Shown piece after piece: positions 26,801-35,428 of a stretch of DNA of 36,498 bases. The position numbers were made by a program, and so were the translations under genes. The stretch is from Gammaproteobacteria bacterium (GTDB taxonomy: Bacteria; Pseudomonadota; Gammaproteobacteria; SZUA-21), in NCBI GenBank assembly GCA_003233075.1, contig QIKQ01000056.1, positions 1-36,498 of the forward strand, given 5' to 3'. How positions within the stretch are numbered: position 1 is the first letter of the stretch; every line of letters starts with the position of its first letter. The notes below the pieces were generated by a model. The model was not told the DNA's origin and did no database searches. It worked only from the letters and a program-made list of their open reading frames with translations.

Positions 26801-26987
26801 TGGAAAGGTTGGTTCCAAGGGTTTGATGAAATATTGATCCACCGGGTCCTGTAACTGTAATACCTGGGCTAGGGCCGGCAGTATCGCGCTCGACGGTAAT
26901 ACCGCCTTGACTTTGATTTAATGCAGTAGACCAAGGTGTGATCGGGTCAAATGGACCATTAGTAATATTTAGCGACACGCAAGCCAT
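23826..26987 (-). CDS. Large VWA-domain protein with three ASH/choice-of-anchor-D-like beta-sandwich repeats and a C-terminal TM anchor
   Basis: 1053 aa with MIDAS motif VFDRSGSM and downstream VLTDGQDN (VWA at about residues 544-735). Repeats of the pattern ...F.I.N.G...L.I.....F......L.PG.S..V.V.F.P occur at about residues 195-540. The final 19 residues TITYLLVILILILIYSIIN are hydrophobic. There is no N-terminal signal peptide. Confidence 0.8.
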   Translation of the reverse strand: MACVSLNITNGPFDPITPWSTALNQSQGGITVERDTAGPSPGITVTGPGGSIFHQTLGTNLSKYLMFGTSNHVLILESGSGAGPVNRNVTIVDFTGGSPSEQSIFLSSSSSTGVNEPVVHKSPGNGKAFLIWSSSGTQIQNLSIRRSDNGDVICAGPPPFIATGITHAEASATELIINYSSGGMSYTSVCPKPLGECAISPSSHTFPDAVIGPGVPAALTTTSETFTIENDGDDCLNINSIANASPFAVTSTSESLPANLSPGDSMTVDVTFAPGAIGNFGPTNLPVSRTPANGDSNLVCEGEAREPVIAIGFSSASLAWGKTSIGSSPSKTLTISNNGEIPIDVNIAANAGFFSWPAVSITIPVGGNHPHNISFSPIAEIPYSDAISIISDDPGSPDNINLTGEGCIANSTISVPPIAPINFGEIQQGFRTVRIIKILNIGDGPLSFTARIQGVDQTFFGLQPPSGSLYDLEIQRNYNVDPATACGSIPTGDNETIIAVSFFADDSPALKSAELFIFNHNDPNNPISNWIFPLSAEIVPPIAVDAAQVFDRSGSMADPSGDRFKFEAEIAAGKLFSELARPDILDRITLVKFNKDPNTFQPIIDITSGNQPGITASINSVELDPDGATNIAGGVILGLNELAIPRPTTPPLLNKVMIVLTDGQDNRAYLNPADNTWYTLMGGPSKKPDNSNIDETEALPVPSDVRIYSVGLGNEENIDKGQLDLLSQATGAYYGIVGDLSGEQYFSLEKYFTQIYMDAIDMAVIEDPVYNIMPGDKHEIEFDLLRGDVGSLVVIFDHKGIRLPFYLRSPKGELIDMNTVPPGFQIRPGFTDTARFIEFRVPQGEPERYEDRWKVVIEHPGTVCFDIVTNASTQGYSKQSFYEYQKCKDWDKPVKYGIAIGANSNFRMQAYVTPGVVKTGEPILLSSVITEADLRVTGCNVTVHAVSPSGASWDLNLYDDGVHNDADINDGEYARFFTNTAESGSYEFTFRATGYTRDNKPVKREAVRGKYVEGRQPLIPDPQKPSRGSKKCCKTITYLLVILILILIYSIIN

Positions 26988-27291
26988 ATTAAGCTCCTAA
27001 TTATGTTCGTAAACAACCTTCATTAATTCCTGATTATAATTTAGTATGATGCCGTAACTTAGTACTAAACTACAACTAGCCTATCGGCCATTGAATCTAA
27101 ACGGTCGCTAAACTTTGAGAACTGATATGAAAGATCTCCTAATTAAATCGACTAATTGATACTTTATGGTCAATTATCTAAAAATAAATGGTTTTAAAGT
27201 TATACCACCCTTTTCCTATTGAGATACAAAGCAAGCTTGATTATTCTTCCTTTAGCTTAAATGAAATATTAAAACTAATATTGGAGGACTC

Positions 27292-28194
27292 ATGCGTAAA
27301 CTTGTTCTAATTCTTGTTCTAATTTTTGTCTTTAATATTTCACTTCTTTTTGCGCAAACAAATAATAAGTCTAAGCGAACTTATGTTAGCGGACTACGAT
27401 ATGTTACTAATGGACCAAGCCGTGAGCAAGCGGACCCACTGTATGTAACTGTGAACGTCAAATTTTCGAGAAATATAAAAACTGTTGGTGGCGCAATTAA
27501 ATATGTAATAGCTAGATCCGGTTATCATATTAGTTCCGGTAATTTGTCTAGTAAAGGGACAAGGCTTTTAATGAATTTACCTTTACCTCATGTGCAACGT
27601 AGATTAGAACCAATGACTCTTAGGCAAGCATTACGGGTACTCATTGGCGAAGCGTATAGGATTAAGGTTAATCCAATTAGCCGTTCAATAAGTTTTGGGG
27701 TTAAACCAAAATATGAAAAAATGTTAAGCGCTGCCATTTCAGATTTTTATTCGAGAAATAAAAAATTAGTAGTTTTAGATAAAAGAATTAGAAAAACTAA
27801 AAGTAAATCGAGTAAAGTCGAATCGAAAAAACAATCTAAGAAAAAAGCTAAGGAGAGGAAAAAAAGTAAGGCCAAAATAGCAAACAATATGGATAAGCGT
27901 TATAAAATTATAAATCCGATAAAATCATACGCTGTCAGAATAAAGTCGCCTAAAGTTTCGATTAACCAGGCTCTCGTCGCCATTTTTGAAAACAATCAAA
28001 ACATGTTCCACAATAATAATATGTATCTATTACGAACGGGTGCAAAAATAAAGATGCCGCCTAATAATTTACTTAATAAATATAAGACTGACGAAGCAGA
28101 TTACATGGTACTAAATCACTTCCATAAACTTAGGAAATCTTACCATAAGTCAATGCCAGTTAAAACTCGACTTGCGAAACAATATTCGGAGTAA
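27292..28194 (+). CDS. pilL: ICE protein PilL (PFGI-1 class) with a Lys-rich linker and C-terminal FimV/LysM-like motif
   Basis: The N-terminal region YVSGLRYVTNGPSREQADPLYVTVNVKF...TVGGAIKYVIARSGYHI...LPLPHVQRRLEPMTLRQALRVLIGEAYRIKVNPISRSISF fits the conj_PilL pattern. The C-terminus is described in the findings. Confidence 0.75.
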   Translation: MRKLVLILVLIFVFNISLLFAQTNNKSKRTYVSGLRYVTNGPSREQADPLYVTVNVKFSRNIKTVGGAIKYVIARSGYHISSGNLSSKGTRLLMNLPLPHVQRRLEPMTLRQALRVLIGEAYRIKVNPISRSISFGVKPKYEKMLSAAISDFYSRNKKLVVLDKRIRKTKSKSSKVESKKQSKKKAKERKKSKAKIANNMDKRYKIINPIKSYAVRIKSPKVSINQALVAIFENNQNMFHNNNMYLLRTGAKIKMPPNNLLNKYKTDEADYMVLNHFHKLRKSYHKSMPVKTRLAKQYSE

Positions 28195-29439
28195 ATGATG
28201 GCAACAAAGATTCATATTGATAACATTGATTCTGAATACTTTTGCAATAATAATTATGACAGCAAAAAGAAGAGTAACCTAGATTTGAAATCCAGCGAGT
28301 TAGAGCGATTAAAAGAGTCACAAAAAAGAGTAAAAAACGCGATTAAGAAGGACAAGAAAAAAACTCAATGGAACGGCTTGCTAGCATTTTCATTGCTTTC
28401 GTTAGTTGTCATTCTAATATATGCGCTGATTGATTTTGGCCAATGGAATGAAAAGAAGTTACTTGAAAGATTTCAAAAAAATAATCCTATGGCTGTAGGT
28501 GACCAGAATAATGTCAAAGCAATAATTAGCATGAACAATATACCGAGAAGAGAAGTCAACGACGAAATCTTAAATGATGAAGATAAAGCTAATAAAAATA
28601 GTGACAGTCAAAAACCCTCGCCAAATCAAAGTGTAACTAAAGAGAAAAGTGACCCGAGTGTCACAAAATTTAAGGAATTAGATCGTGATTCAAAAGTAAA
28701 TGTTAGGAATATTCCTGTAGCATTGAATTCTAAAAACGCAGTGGGTTATCAAGAATTACTGGGTCAGAAAAATCAAGATCGAAAAAACGTAACTGATAAA
28801 AAATTGGCTAAATCGGTTTTATCATTTCAAAATATTTATAAAAAAGCCAACACTACTTTAATACCTAAAGTTGATAAGCGGAGTACATTGATTAAAGTGA
28901 ATAAAACAGCAACGTCTGATTTAAAAAACGGTGATTCCTCAAAAGAAGGTTTACTGGGGTACTTAACGCAGTACGATACTGTATCTGTTGATAATAAGAA
29001 TACTAAGAGAGATAAAAAATATTTGACAAAAATAGCTAACATGAAAGTAAAAATGCAAAGAATGGAAAAAACTATGAAAACCATGGGTGAAGTAGCAAAT
29101 ATTCCAACAAAAGTCTTGCAAGATAAAATCACCAGTCAAAATAAGAAGCTTGAAAAACTACGACTCCAATTGGCTTTAAATAATAAAAAAATCTTCTTTA
29201 AAATAGATAAAGTTAAGGCGCCAGAAAAGAAAATACGGAAAAGACGACCTGGCTTACCGTTCAAGGTTATCGCGGTAGACTGGACTAATAAAGAACCAGT
29301 ATTAGGAATTTTAGAAAAAGGTAACTATGAGCATATTAGAAAAGGTGAATCACTTAAGGGCTGGAAATTGATGACTGTAAGTGAGTCTGAAGCAGTATTC
29401 CGTCAAGGAGATCGAGTGATTAAAAAATCGATTTATTAG
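28195..29439 (+). CDS. Hypothetical Lys/Asn-rich bitopic membrane protein with coiled-coil and small C-terminal beta domain
   Basis: 414 aa with a single TM (LLAFSLLSLVVILIYALI) and a long low-complexity periplasmic region. The C-terminal FKVIAVDWTNKEPVLGILEKGNYEHIRKGESLKGWKLMTVSESEAVFRQGDRVI is reminiscent of PilP/GspC-type domains (tentative). The start directly follows the pilL stop. Confidence 0.65.
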   Translation: MMATKIHIDNIDSEYFCNNNYDSKKKSNLDLKSSELERLKESQKRVKNAIKKDKKKTQWNGLLAFSLLSLVVILIYALIDFGQWNEKKLLERFQKNNPMAVGDQNNVKAIISMNNIPRREVNDEILNDEDKANKNSDSQKPSPNQSVTKEKSDPSVTKFKELDRDSKVNVRNIPVALNSKNAVGYQELLGQKNQDRKNVTDKKLAKSVLSFQNIYKKANTTLIPKVDKRSTLIKVNKTATSDLKNGDSSKEGLLGYLTQYDTVSVDNKNTKRDKKYLTKIANMKVKMQRMEKTMKTMGEVANIPTKVLQDKITSQNKKLEKLRLQLALNNKKIFFKIDKVKAPEKKIRKRRPGLPFKVIAVDWTNKEPVLGILEKGNYEHIRKGESLKGWKLMTVSESEAVFRQGDRVIKKSIY

Positions 29440-29457
29440 TAATAACTAAAGTCGCTA

Positions 29458-30300
29458 ATGATAGGGATCGAAAGAAATATAAATATGGCCGTTAAGAATC
29501 TTATAAATCTAGTTCTTCTTGTTTCGGTAATTTTATTGTCGGTTTTTAGTTCATTTATTTACGCAAAAGAAAATAATACAAGTTTCAAGAAAACTAAATA
29601 CAAAGATTCACTACTTAAGCAAAGTGAAACTAAAAAAAGCATATATCGAAATGCAAAAATGTGGGGTATTACGATTGAAGACTGGGCGCGATATAAAGAA
29701 ATAATGAAAGGCCCTCAGGGTATTTGGACACCAAATTTAGACCCACTAATGGCTTTAGGTTTAAACGCAAAAACAGAAAATGAACGACGGCGTATTGCAT
29801 TAATACAGCTTAAACTTGAAGAAAAAAGACTTGTTCGTATGTTGGCCTATGATCGAACTTATAAGAAAATAGAAAAAGAATATTTTGGTAATCAAACATT
29901 AGTGGACATTAAAAAACTAAAACGAAGAATAACATTAGCTAAGAAAGCGAGAAAGATTCGAGCACAAGACAAACAAATGCAAATAGGTGACCGACTTCTT
30001 CTATTTGTTTCCTTGAAGGGTTGTGAGCAATGTCGACAAACTGCTTATCGTGCAATAGATTATGTTCGAGGTAAAAAAGGAGTTGGCGTTGACATCTTTT
30101 TTGTGGGGACAACGAATAAAGAAAAAAATGAAATACAAGCATGGGCTAAATCTATGTCAATAAGTTCGCTTTCGATTAAACATGGCAATGTATCACTTAA
30201 TTATGATCGGGGTACGTTTAAACGCTTAACCAAGGACCAAGGTGTACTTCCTTTAGTTATTCGTAAGCGTGGTAGTAAATTAACACATGAGGTCTTATGA
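29458..30300 (+). CDS. ICE protein, PFL_4693-like (TIGR03759-type), thioredoxin-like CxxC
   Basis: Has WGITIEDWARYKEIMKGPQGIWTPNLDPLMALGLNAKTENERRR followed by a GCEQC (CxxC) motif. The family is assigned from memory of this ICE lineage. The start could be ATG 29484 (MAVKNL..., signal peptide). Confidence 0.7.
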   Translation: MIGIERNINMAVKNLINLVLLVSVILLSVFSSFIYAKENNTSFKKTKYKDSLLKQSETKKSIYRNAKMWGITIEDWARYKEIMKGPQGIWTPNLDPLMALGLNAKTENERRRIALIQLKLEEKRLVRMLAYDRTYKKIEKEYFGNQTLVDIKKLKRRITLAKKARKIRAQDKQMQIGDRLLLFVSLKGCEQCRQTAYRAIDYVRGKKGVGVDIFFVGTTNKEKNEIQAWAKSMSISSLSIKHGNVSLNYDRGTFKRLTKDQGVLPLVIRKRGSKLTHEVL

Positions 30301-30309
30301 CAGGAAAGG

Positions 30310-30903
30310 ATGACAATGGAAATAAGAGAACTCACAATTTATAACTCCAGTACGAAAGCATTAATTGATCCGAATCGATCAGGTGATAGTTTTGAGTTTT
30401 GTTGTTATATATTAAACCAAATGAACTTGAATTTAAATGATAAATCACGATTTGAGTGGACATTGAAAGTTAACAGTTTGCTTGATTTTATTGAATTGCA
30501 GACTCCCTTAGAGATTCGCCGCCTTGCGCACAAATACATAGAAGCCCCAGATCCTTGGTTACTCTCACTGACAATGGAAAAAACAAATTCAGTGGGGCAT
30601 AAAATGATTAATTTGATCGAGGCAATTGATGGCTTGTGTAATATTATCAATCGCCCATCGTCTGAAAAAATCGTTTTTGAAAAACGTGAGATGATACGAA
30701 GATATGTGTTTAAAAATATATCTAGTATTTTGCGTATGCCAAAAGAGGGCGTTGATTCTAGCATACTGTTTCGTCAAGTAGCCATTTTTAGTGGATCGGC
30801 TTATTTATTTGAGTTGCCTTCTTTGGAAAAAAAAATACATGCTCGTTTACTATCATCACGTTATAAACAAACATCTGCGAGTAGGCATGATCATGCGTCC
30901 TAA
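30310..30903 (+). CDS. Hypothetical ICE-module protein
   Basis: 197-aa ORF in the syntenic slot between the PFL_4693-like and PFL_4695-like genes. I recognise no motif. Confidence 0.55.
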   Translation: MTMEIRELTIYNSSTKALIDPNRSGDSFEFCCYILNQMNLNLNDKSRFEWTLKVNSLLDFIELQTPLEIRRLAHKYIEAPDPWLLSLTMEKTNSVGHKMINLIEAIDGLCNIINRPSSEKIVFEKREMIRRYVFKNISSILRMPKEGVDSSILFRQVAIFSGSAYLFELPSLEKKIHARLLSSRYKQTSASRHDHAS

Positions 30904-31417
30904 TATCATGGCTTTTGCAATGTTTTTATTGATTGGGTTCGCATTGCCGGGATATTCAGCCGTAAAGGTCATCTATGATACGGGCAAGACTCATTCAATT
31001 TCACCTTTTTACATTGCGCTTCAAGGTCAGGGCGTAAAGCGTAAATCAGTTGTATATAAAGGTCCGATGACAATTGGTATAGACCAACAAATTCCGTATA
31101 AAACACCGAATATGAAACCGGGTGTTTTTAAAACCTATCGCAAAGATATAAAACATAAGCGAGGTTACTTAAGGCCAATGTTTTTAATCGGTACAGATAC
31201 ATTGTCTAAAAAGTGGTTGACCAAAAATCGTACGACCCTCATTAAACGAGGTGCACAAGGGATATTGGTTGAAGCCAGCACTAAAGCGCAGGTGGAGGAG
31301 ATGAATCGAATCGCTAGAGGTTTAAAACTCAATTATTTCTCGGCCTATGAGATAGCCCGGAATTTACAGTTAACACGTTATCCAGTTCTCATTTCAAAAG
31401 AGTATATTGAACAGTGA
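30887..31417 (+). CDS. ICE protein, PFL_4695-like (TIGR03765/DUF2859-type), secreted
   Basis: ATG 30887 gives MIMRPNIMAFAMFLLIGFALPGYSA (signal peptide). It sits immediately upstream of traD, as in this ICE lineage. The ORF-track start 30791 would overlap the previous gene by 113 bp. Confidence 0.65.
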   Translation: MIMRPNIMAFAMFLLIGFALPGYSAVKVIYDTGKTHSISPFYIALQGQGVKRKSVVYKGPMTIGIDQQIPYKTPNMKPGVFKTYRKDIKHKRGYLRPMFLIGTDTLSKKWLTKNRTTLIKRGAQGILVEASTKAQVEEMNRIARGLKLNYFSAYEIARNLQLTRYPVLISKEYIEQ

Positions 31418-33519
31418 AAAATCACTATCCAATCGAATCGTTACTGCGACCGCCTGTTGAATTATGGCCGGCATTAGTGAGTTTTATCGTGGCAATTATA
31501 TTGTATTTATATCCGGCGACCTTTGTTTACAGTCCTATCATCGCCTATAGCATCTTATTAATCATTCTGTATTTTATCTTTCGAAATGTTAATGATGCGA
31601 TTAATATTTTGCGCTATCAGCGTAATTTACGTGCTCAAAAAATGTATCTATTGGAATCGAAAGATATTCCTTTTAGCCGCGAGCGCATAATGTTAGGGCG
31701 TGGTTTTATTTGGACGCAAAAACATACTCAGCGCCTACGCGATACATTGCGACCAGACGTCGCTAAATATACCCAACCCTCTTATCTCTACCAATGGGCG
31801 CGTCGCATGGAAGTTAAATACGAGCATTCACTACTTTTGAGTCGGTGGGTGAAAATACTATCTAAGGATGTTTGGTGGAATCCGGTCAAGAAATATCCGC
31901 CACTAGGCGGCGATGCATCCATGCACGGGGTGGAAATTAATGAGCAAGATATTTGGATTGACTTGGAGGCACGAAAAGGACATACCTTTATTGCGGGTAC
32001 CACTGGGGTTGGTAAAACACGATTGTGTGAATTGCTTGTGGCCCAAGATATTCGTCGAGGCGATACCACCATTGTAATCTGTCCAAAGGGCGATGCGGAT
32101 CTGTTTAAACGAGTGTATGCCGAGGCGAAAAGAGCAAATCGAAAATTTTATTGCTTTCATCTTGGTTACCCTGAAATATCCTGTCGATATAATGGGGTTG
32201 GCTCTTTTACCCGAGTAACTGAAGTGGCTACTCGAATTGCGAACCAATTACCAGGTGAGGGTAATGCGGCGGCATTCAAAGAATTCAGTTGGCGCTTTAT
32301 AAATATTGTCGCACAAGCGCTAACCCTAATGGGCGAGAAATGCAGTTATTCAAGTATTCTCAATTACATTAATGACAGTGAATCTCTTTTTCAAAATTAT
32401 GCGCATGTTTATTTTCGAAAAGAAGGTATTGAGGATTGGCAAGTCGCTGTTCGAGCCATTGAAGAGAAAATAAAAAAACAAAAGTACAATAAAAGTGATC
32501 GATCCCTTAGAACCCAAGCCTTGGTTCAGTATATTACTGAATCGAAAATTAATGATACTGTTCTAGTGAGTCTTAAAGGGGTGGCAGAATACACACGAGA
32601 TTATTATAGCAAGCTGGTTGCGTCAGTAGGCCCCTTATTAGAAAAATTGACCACCGGAAAAATAGGTGAACTAATTTCACCCGATTATTCTGATTCGTCT
32701 GATACTCGACCAATCTTAGATTGGATGACGGCCATTCGTCAAAATGCTGTAGTGTATATCGGCTTAGATGGCTTAACGGACATGACAGTGGCATCTGCCG
32801 TAGGAAATTCGATATTTGCAGATATTGTTAGCGTCACAGGTCGAATCTACAAATACGGTATTGCGGAACAACAAAATTTAAATAAGCAGATAAAGTACCC
32901 TACTGTGCGTATACATGCGGATGAATTCTCAGCTCTTGTTGGTGACGAATTTGTGCCTTTGCTTAATCAGTCTCGAGGAGCTGGGGTAGATGTGGTTGCC
33001 TACACACAAACCATGGGGGATGTAGAAGTGGGCATGGGATCGATTTCAAAAGCAAAACAAATTACGGGTAATTTTAATACTTTTGGCTTAATGCGTGTGC
33101 CCGATATAGAAACAGCATCAATTATCACTGATAAATTACCGTCTGTTGAAATTATGTCGAAATGGCAAGTCTCGTCCTCTGACGATTCATCTGATCCAAC
33201 TGATGGGATATTGTTTCGGGCAAAAAACGAAGATCGAATCACTGGCGCTGAAGTACCTATGTTGGAGCCAGCTAACTTTGTCAATCTTCCCAAAGGACAG
33301 GCGTTCTTTATTACTGAAGGCGGTAAACTCTATAAAGTTCGAATTCCGCTACTTTCCACAATCAGTGATAAGTATATTCCTAAACACATTGGGCAAATCG
33401 CAAGTGATATGAAGCGTCGCTACAATTCTTATTTGCCTGCAGAGCAAGATTGGTGGGAACCAGGAGAGCCTCAAATAGAAGCGACGAACGCGGAAACGCC
33501 TAACGAGGTGGCAGTCTAA
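31414..33519 (+). CDS. traD: Conjugative coupling protein TraD (T4CP, PFGI-1/ICE class)
   Basis: 701 aa with two N-terminal TM segments, Walker A GTTGVGKT and a Walker-B-like VVYIGLDGL/IHADEF region. The GTG start overlaps the upstream stop. Confidence 0.88.
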   Translation: MKNHYPIESLLRPPVELWPALVSFIVAIILYLYPATFVYSPIIAYSILLIILYFIFRNVNDAINILRYQRNLRAQKMYLLESKDIPFSRERIMLGRGFIWTQKHTQRLRDTLRPDVAKYTQPSYLYQWARRMEVKYEHSLLLSRWVKILSKDVWWNPVKKYPPLGGDASMHGVEINEQDIWIDLEARKGHTFIAGTTGVGKTRLCELLVAQDIRRGDTTIVICPKGDADLFKRVYAEAKRANRKFYCFHLGYPEISCRYNGVGSFTRVTEVATRIANQLPGEGNAAAFKEFSWRFINIVAQALTLMGEKCSYSSILNYINDSESLFQNYAHVYFRKEGIEDWQVAVRAIEEKIKKQKYNKSDRSLRTQALVQYITESKINDTVLVSLKGVAEYTRDYYSKLVASVGPLLEKLTTGKIGELISPDYSDSSDTRPILDWMTAIRQNAVVYIGLDGLTDMTVASAVGNSIFADIVSVTGRIYKYGIAEQQNLNKQIKYPTVRIHADEFSALVGDEFVPLLNQSRGAGVDVVAYTQTMGDVEVGMGSISKAKQITGNFNTFGLMRVPDIETASIITDKLPSVEIMSKWQVSSSDDSSDPTDGILFRAKNEDRITGAEVPMLEPANFVNLPKGQAFFITEGGKLYKVRIPLLSTISDKYIPKHIGQIASDMKRRYNSYLPAEQDWWEPGEPQIEATNAETPNEVAV

Positions 33520-34256
33520 TGAAGGGTCATGTTTCAGTCGTCAAACCTAAAGCACCCTCTGCCTTTGGACGAATTCTTAAGAATTCTATTCTTGTTTGTA
33601 TTACGTTGGTATTGACTTGGATTTTATCAATTTTAATTGAATGGGGTGGTATGTGGACACTTTGGAAAGACCAAGGGGTAACGCATTCACGTCAGGTGTT
33701 AGAGCAGGAGCGAAAGTATCTTAATTTTGTAATGAGGTATAAAAAGCCAAGTCTGATCAAACCCGCACACCGCAAACAGATAAATAGTTGGCTTCAATTT
33801 GGTTTCGAGGTAACGTTTATTAAAACGGGGCTGCTAGCATACGTAGGTAAAATGGCTGCGGCTTCTCCGACGGCGGGTCGTTATACAAGCAATTTTATTG
33901 ATCGGTCTCGGCCTAAATTGGTTAAGCACATTGAAGCTGCTGGCAATGTAACGCAAACTTTTGGCAATCGCCTAACGATACTAGTGTTGTCGCTGCCGTT
34001 ATTTTTGATCGTCGGGATAGTGGCAGTTTCTAATGGTTTGGTCGAACGTTACAAACGAATTGTTGGCGTAGGGCGAGAATACGCTACGCGTTTTCATTAT
34101 CTCATTCCTGAGATGAAAGCGGGAATATGTTTACCGTGGATCTTGTACTTAAGTTTACCAATCTCGATTAACCCAAATTACATTATCTTGCCCTTCGTGG
34201 CTTATTTTGGATTTATGCTTTTTGTAGTTAGCTTTACAATCAAAAAACATATTTAG
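33519..34256 (+). CDS. ICE membrane protein, PFL_4697-like (TIGR03747-type)
   Basis: 245 aa with 4 TM segments. Its ATG overlaps the traD stop (TAATG). Position and size fit the conserved gene after traD. Confidence 0.7.
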   Translation: MKGHVSVVKPKAPSAFGRILKNSILVCITLVLTWILSILIEWGGMWTLWKDQGVTHSRQVLEQERKYLNFVMRYKKPSLIKPAHRKQINSWLQFGFEVTFIKTGLLAYVGKMAAASPTAGRYTSNFIDRSRPKLVKHIEAAGNVTQTFGNRLTILVLSLPLFLIVGIVAVSNGLVERYKRIVGVGREYATRFHYLIPEMKAGICLPWILYLSLPISINPNYIILPFVAYFGFMLFVVSFTIKKHI

Positions 34257-34287
34257 CTGAATTACTAATTATTAAGGAAACACTAAC

Positions 34288-34698
34288 ATGATGAGATCAG
34301 GATACACCTTGAGCGTACTTACTTTAGTCTTGATGCTCATTGCTATTGTCGCCTATGCAGATCAAGACCAGGAAAAACGTTATTTAGCAAAAGTACATCA
34401 TGAACTAAAAGCGCTAAAACCCTTTTTGGATCGAGCGAAAGAGAATGCGCCTACTAATGCACGATATCGGTTTGATCACGAGCGTTTGTCTCTTATTTTG
34501 AAGCGCTTGATGTTAGATATCGAATTGCACATGAACAGTGAAAAGCGTGCTCCGTATAAATCGATTGCCCCTAGTAGTAGTGATCAGGAACCTGAAAAAA
34601 TAACTAAGATTGAACCTAAGAATCAAAGAAAATCAAAATCACCGTCACAATTAGCTGACCAAACCGATTCAAATCAATCAAGTCCAGGTGTTGAATAA
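34288..34698 (+). CDS. RAQPRD-family-like ICE protein (degenerate motif)
   Basis: Has a signal peptide, then RYRFDHERLSLILKRLMLDIELHM followed by EKRAPYKS where the family carries RAQPRD. It occupies the syntenic position. Confidence 0.6.
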   Translation: MMRSGYTLSVLTLVLMLIAIVAYADQDQEKRYLAKVHHELKALKPFLDRAKENAPTNARYRFDHERLSLILKRLMLDIELHMNSEKRAPYKSIAPSSSDQEPEKITKIEPKNQRKSKSPSQLADQTDSNQSSPGVE

Positions 34699-34976
34699 TG
34701 TTTGCCACACTGATTATGAGCGCATTATCGCAAGAGCAAGTAAAAGCCTTTACGGAAGCCAGTGGCGCGGGCATAACGCCGAATGAGGCACAAGATACCT
34801 TCGCATTAATCTTTGCAGTTTTGTTATTGGTTTGGTGGGCTTGGGTGATTTCATCCCAATATCGACTGTTTGTATCTGAAAAAGAAAACTTGGCAGCCGT
34901 TGGCTATAACGTATTGCGTTCGTCATTGATTGTAATGTTTTCGTTTTTTGTACTCTACATGATGAAGCCCTCATAA
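34698..34976 (+). CDS. Small ICE membrane protein (TIGR03758/DUF3262-like)
   Basis: 92 aa with 2 TM segments. ATG overlaps the upstream stop (TAATG). Size and position match. Confidence 0.6.
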   Translation: MFATLIMSALSQEQVKAFTEASGAGITPNEAQDTFALIFAVLLLVWWAWVISSQYRLFVSEKENLAAVGYNVLRSSLIVMFSFFVLYMMKPS

Positions 34977-34999
34977 ATTTAGCACTAAGGAGTAAGAAA

Positions 35000-35416
35000 A
35001 TGAGTCGACAAACACACAGAAGTATTTTAGGTATTCGTAGTTTATTAGCTGCGTTATGTCTAATTAGCGGTTTAATGGTAATAAATATTCCACCTGCCAA
35101 TGCGGCATCCAATTGGTTACCTACCTCTGAGCTGAGTACTGCGCAAGGCGGTAAATTTACAGCAGCGTTTAAGGAACTTGTGGGAACGGGGGCGGGGATT
35201 GCCATGATCGCAGTCATGGTGATTGCCTTTTTAGTGTTCGCAGTAGCGATCGTGAATGCTTTTTGGAAAATGCGTAAGGGCGATTTCGAACTGACTGATT
35301 TAGGTACCATCGTAATTACCGGTGCGTTGTGTGCGGTGTTAGTGGTGTATGCCTTAAATGAAGTGGACAGCGTTGTCACTAAGGGAACGGGCGTTCAAAT
35401 TTCAGCAAATAATTAG
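35000..35416 (+). CDS. ICE membrane protein (TIGR03745/DUF2976-like)
   Basis: 138 aa with a signal peptide ending PPANA and two TM segments. AAGGAG lies upstream. Size and position match. Confidence 0.62.
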   Translation: MSRQTHRSILGIRSLLAALCLISGLMVINIPPANAASNWLPTSELSTAQGGKFTAAFKELVGTGAGIAMIAVMVIAFLVFAVAIVNAFWKMRKGDFELTDLGTIVITGALCAVLVVYALNEVDSVVTKGTGVQISANN

Positions 35417-35428
35417 TGGAATGAAACA

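Noticed and set aside
31788-33412. Antisense or alternate-frame ORFs inside traD (31788-32072, 31903-32247, 32573-32794, 33000-33293, 33146-33412)
   Set aside because: They lie opposite or out of frame with a 701-aa coupling-protein frame that has a Walker A motif.
34750-35379. 209-aa minus-strand ORF spanning three small ICE genes
   Set aside because: It is long but crosses two intergenic gaps of plus-strand genes that have SD sites, TM architecture and conserved ICE synteny. This is most likely a chance open frame.
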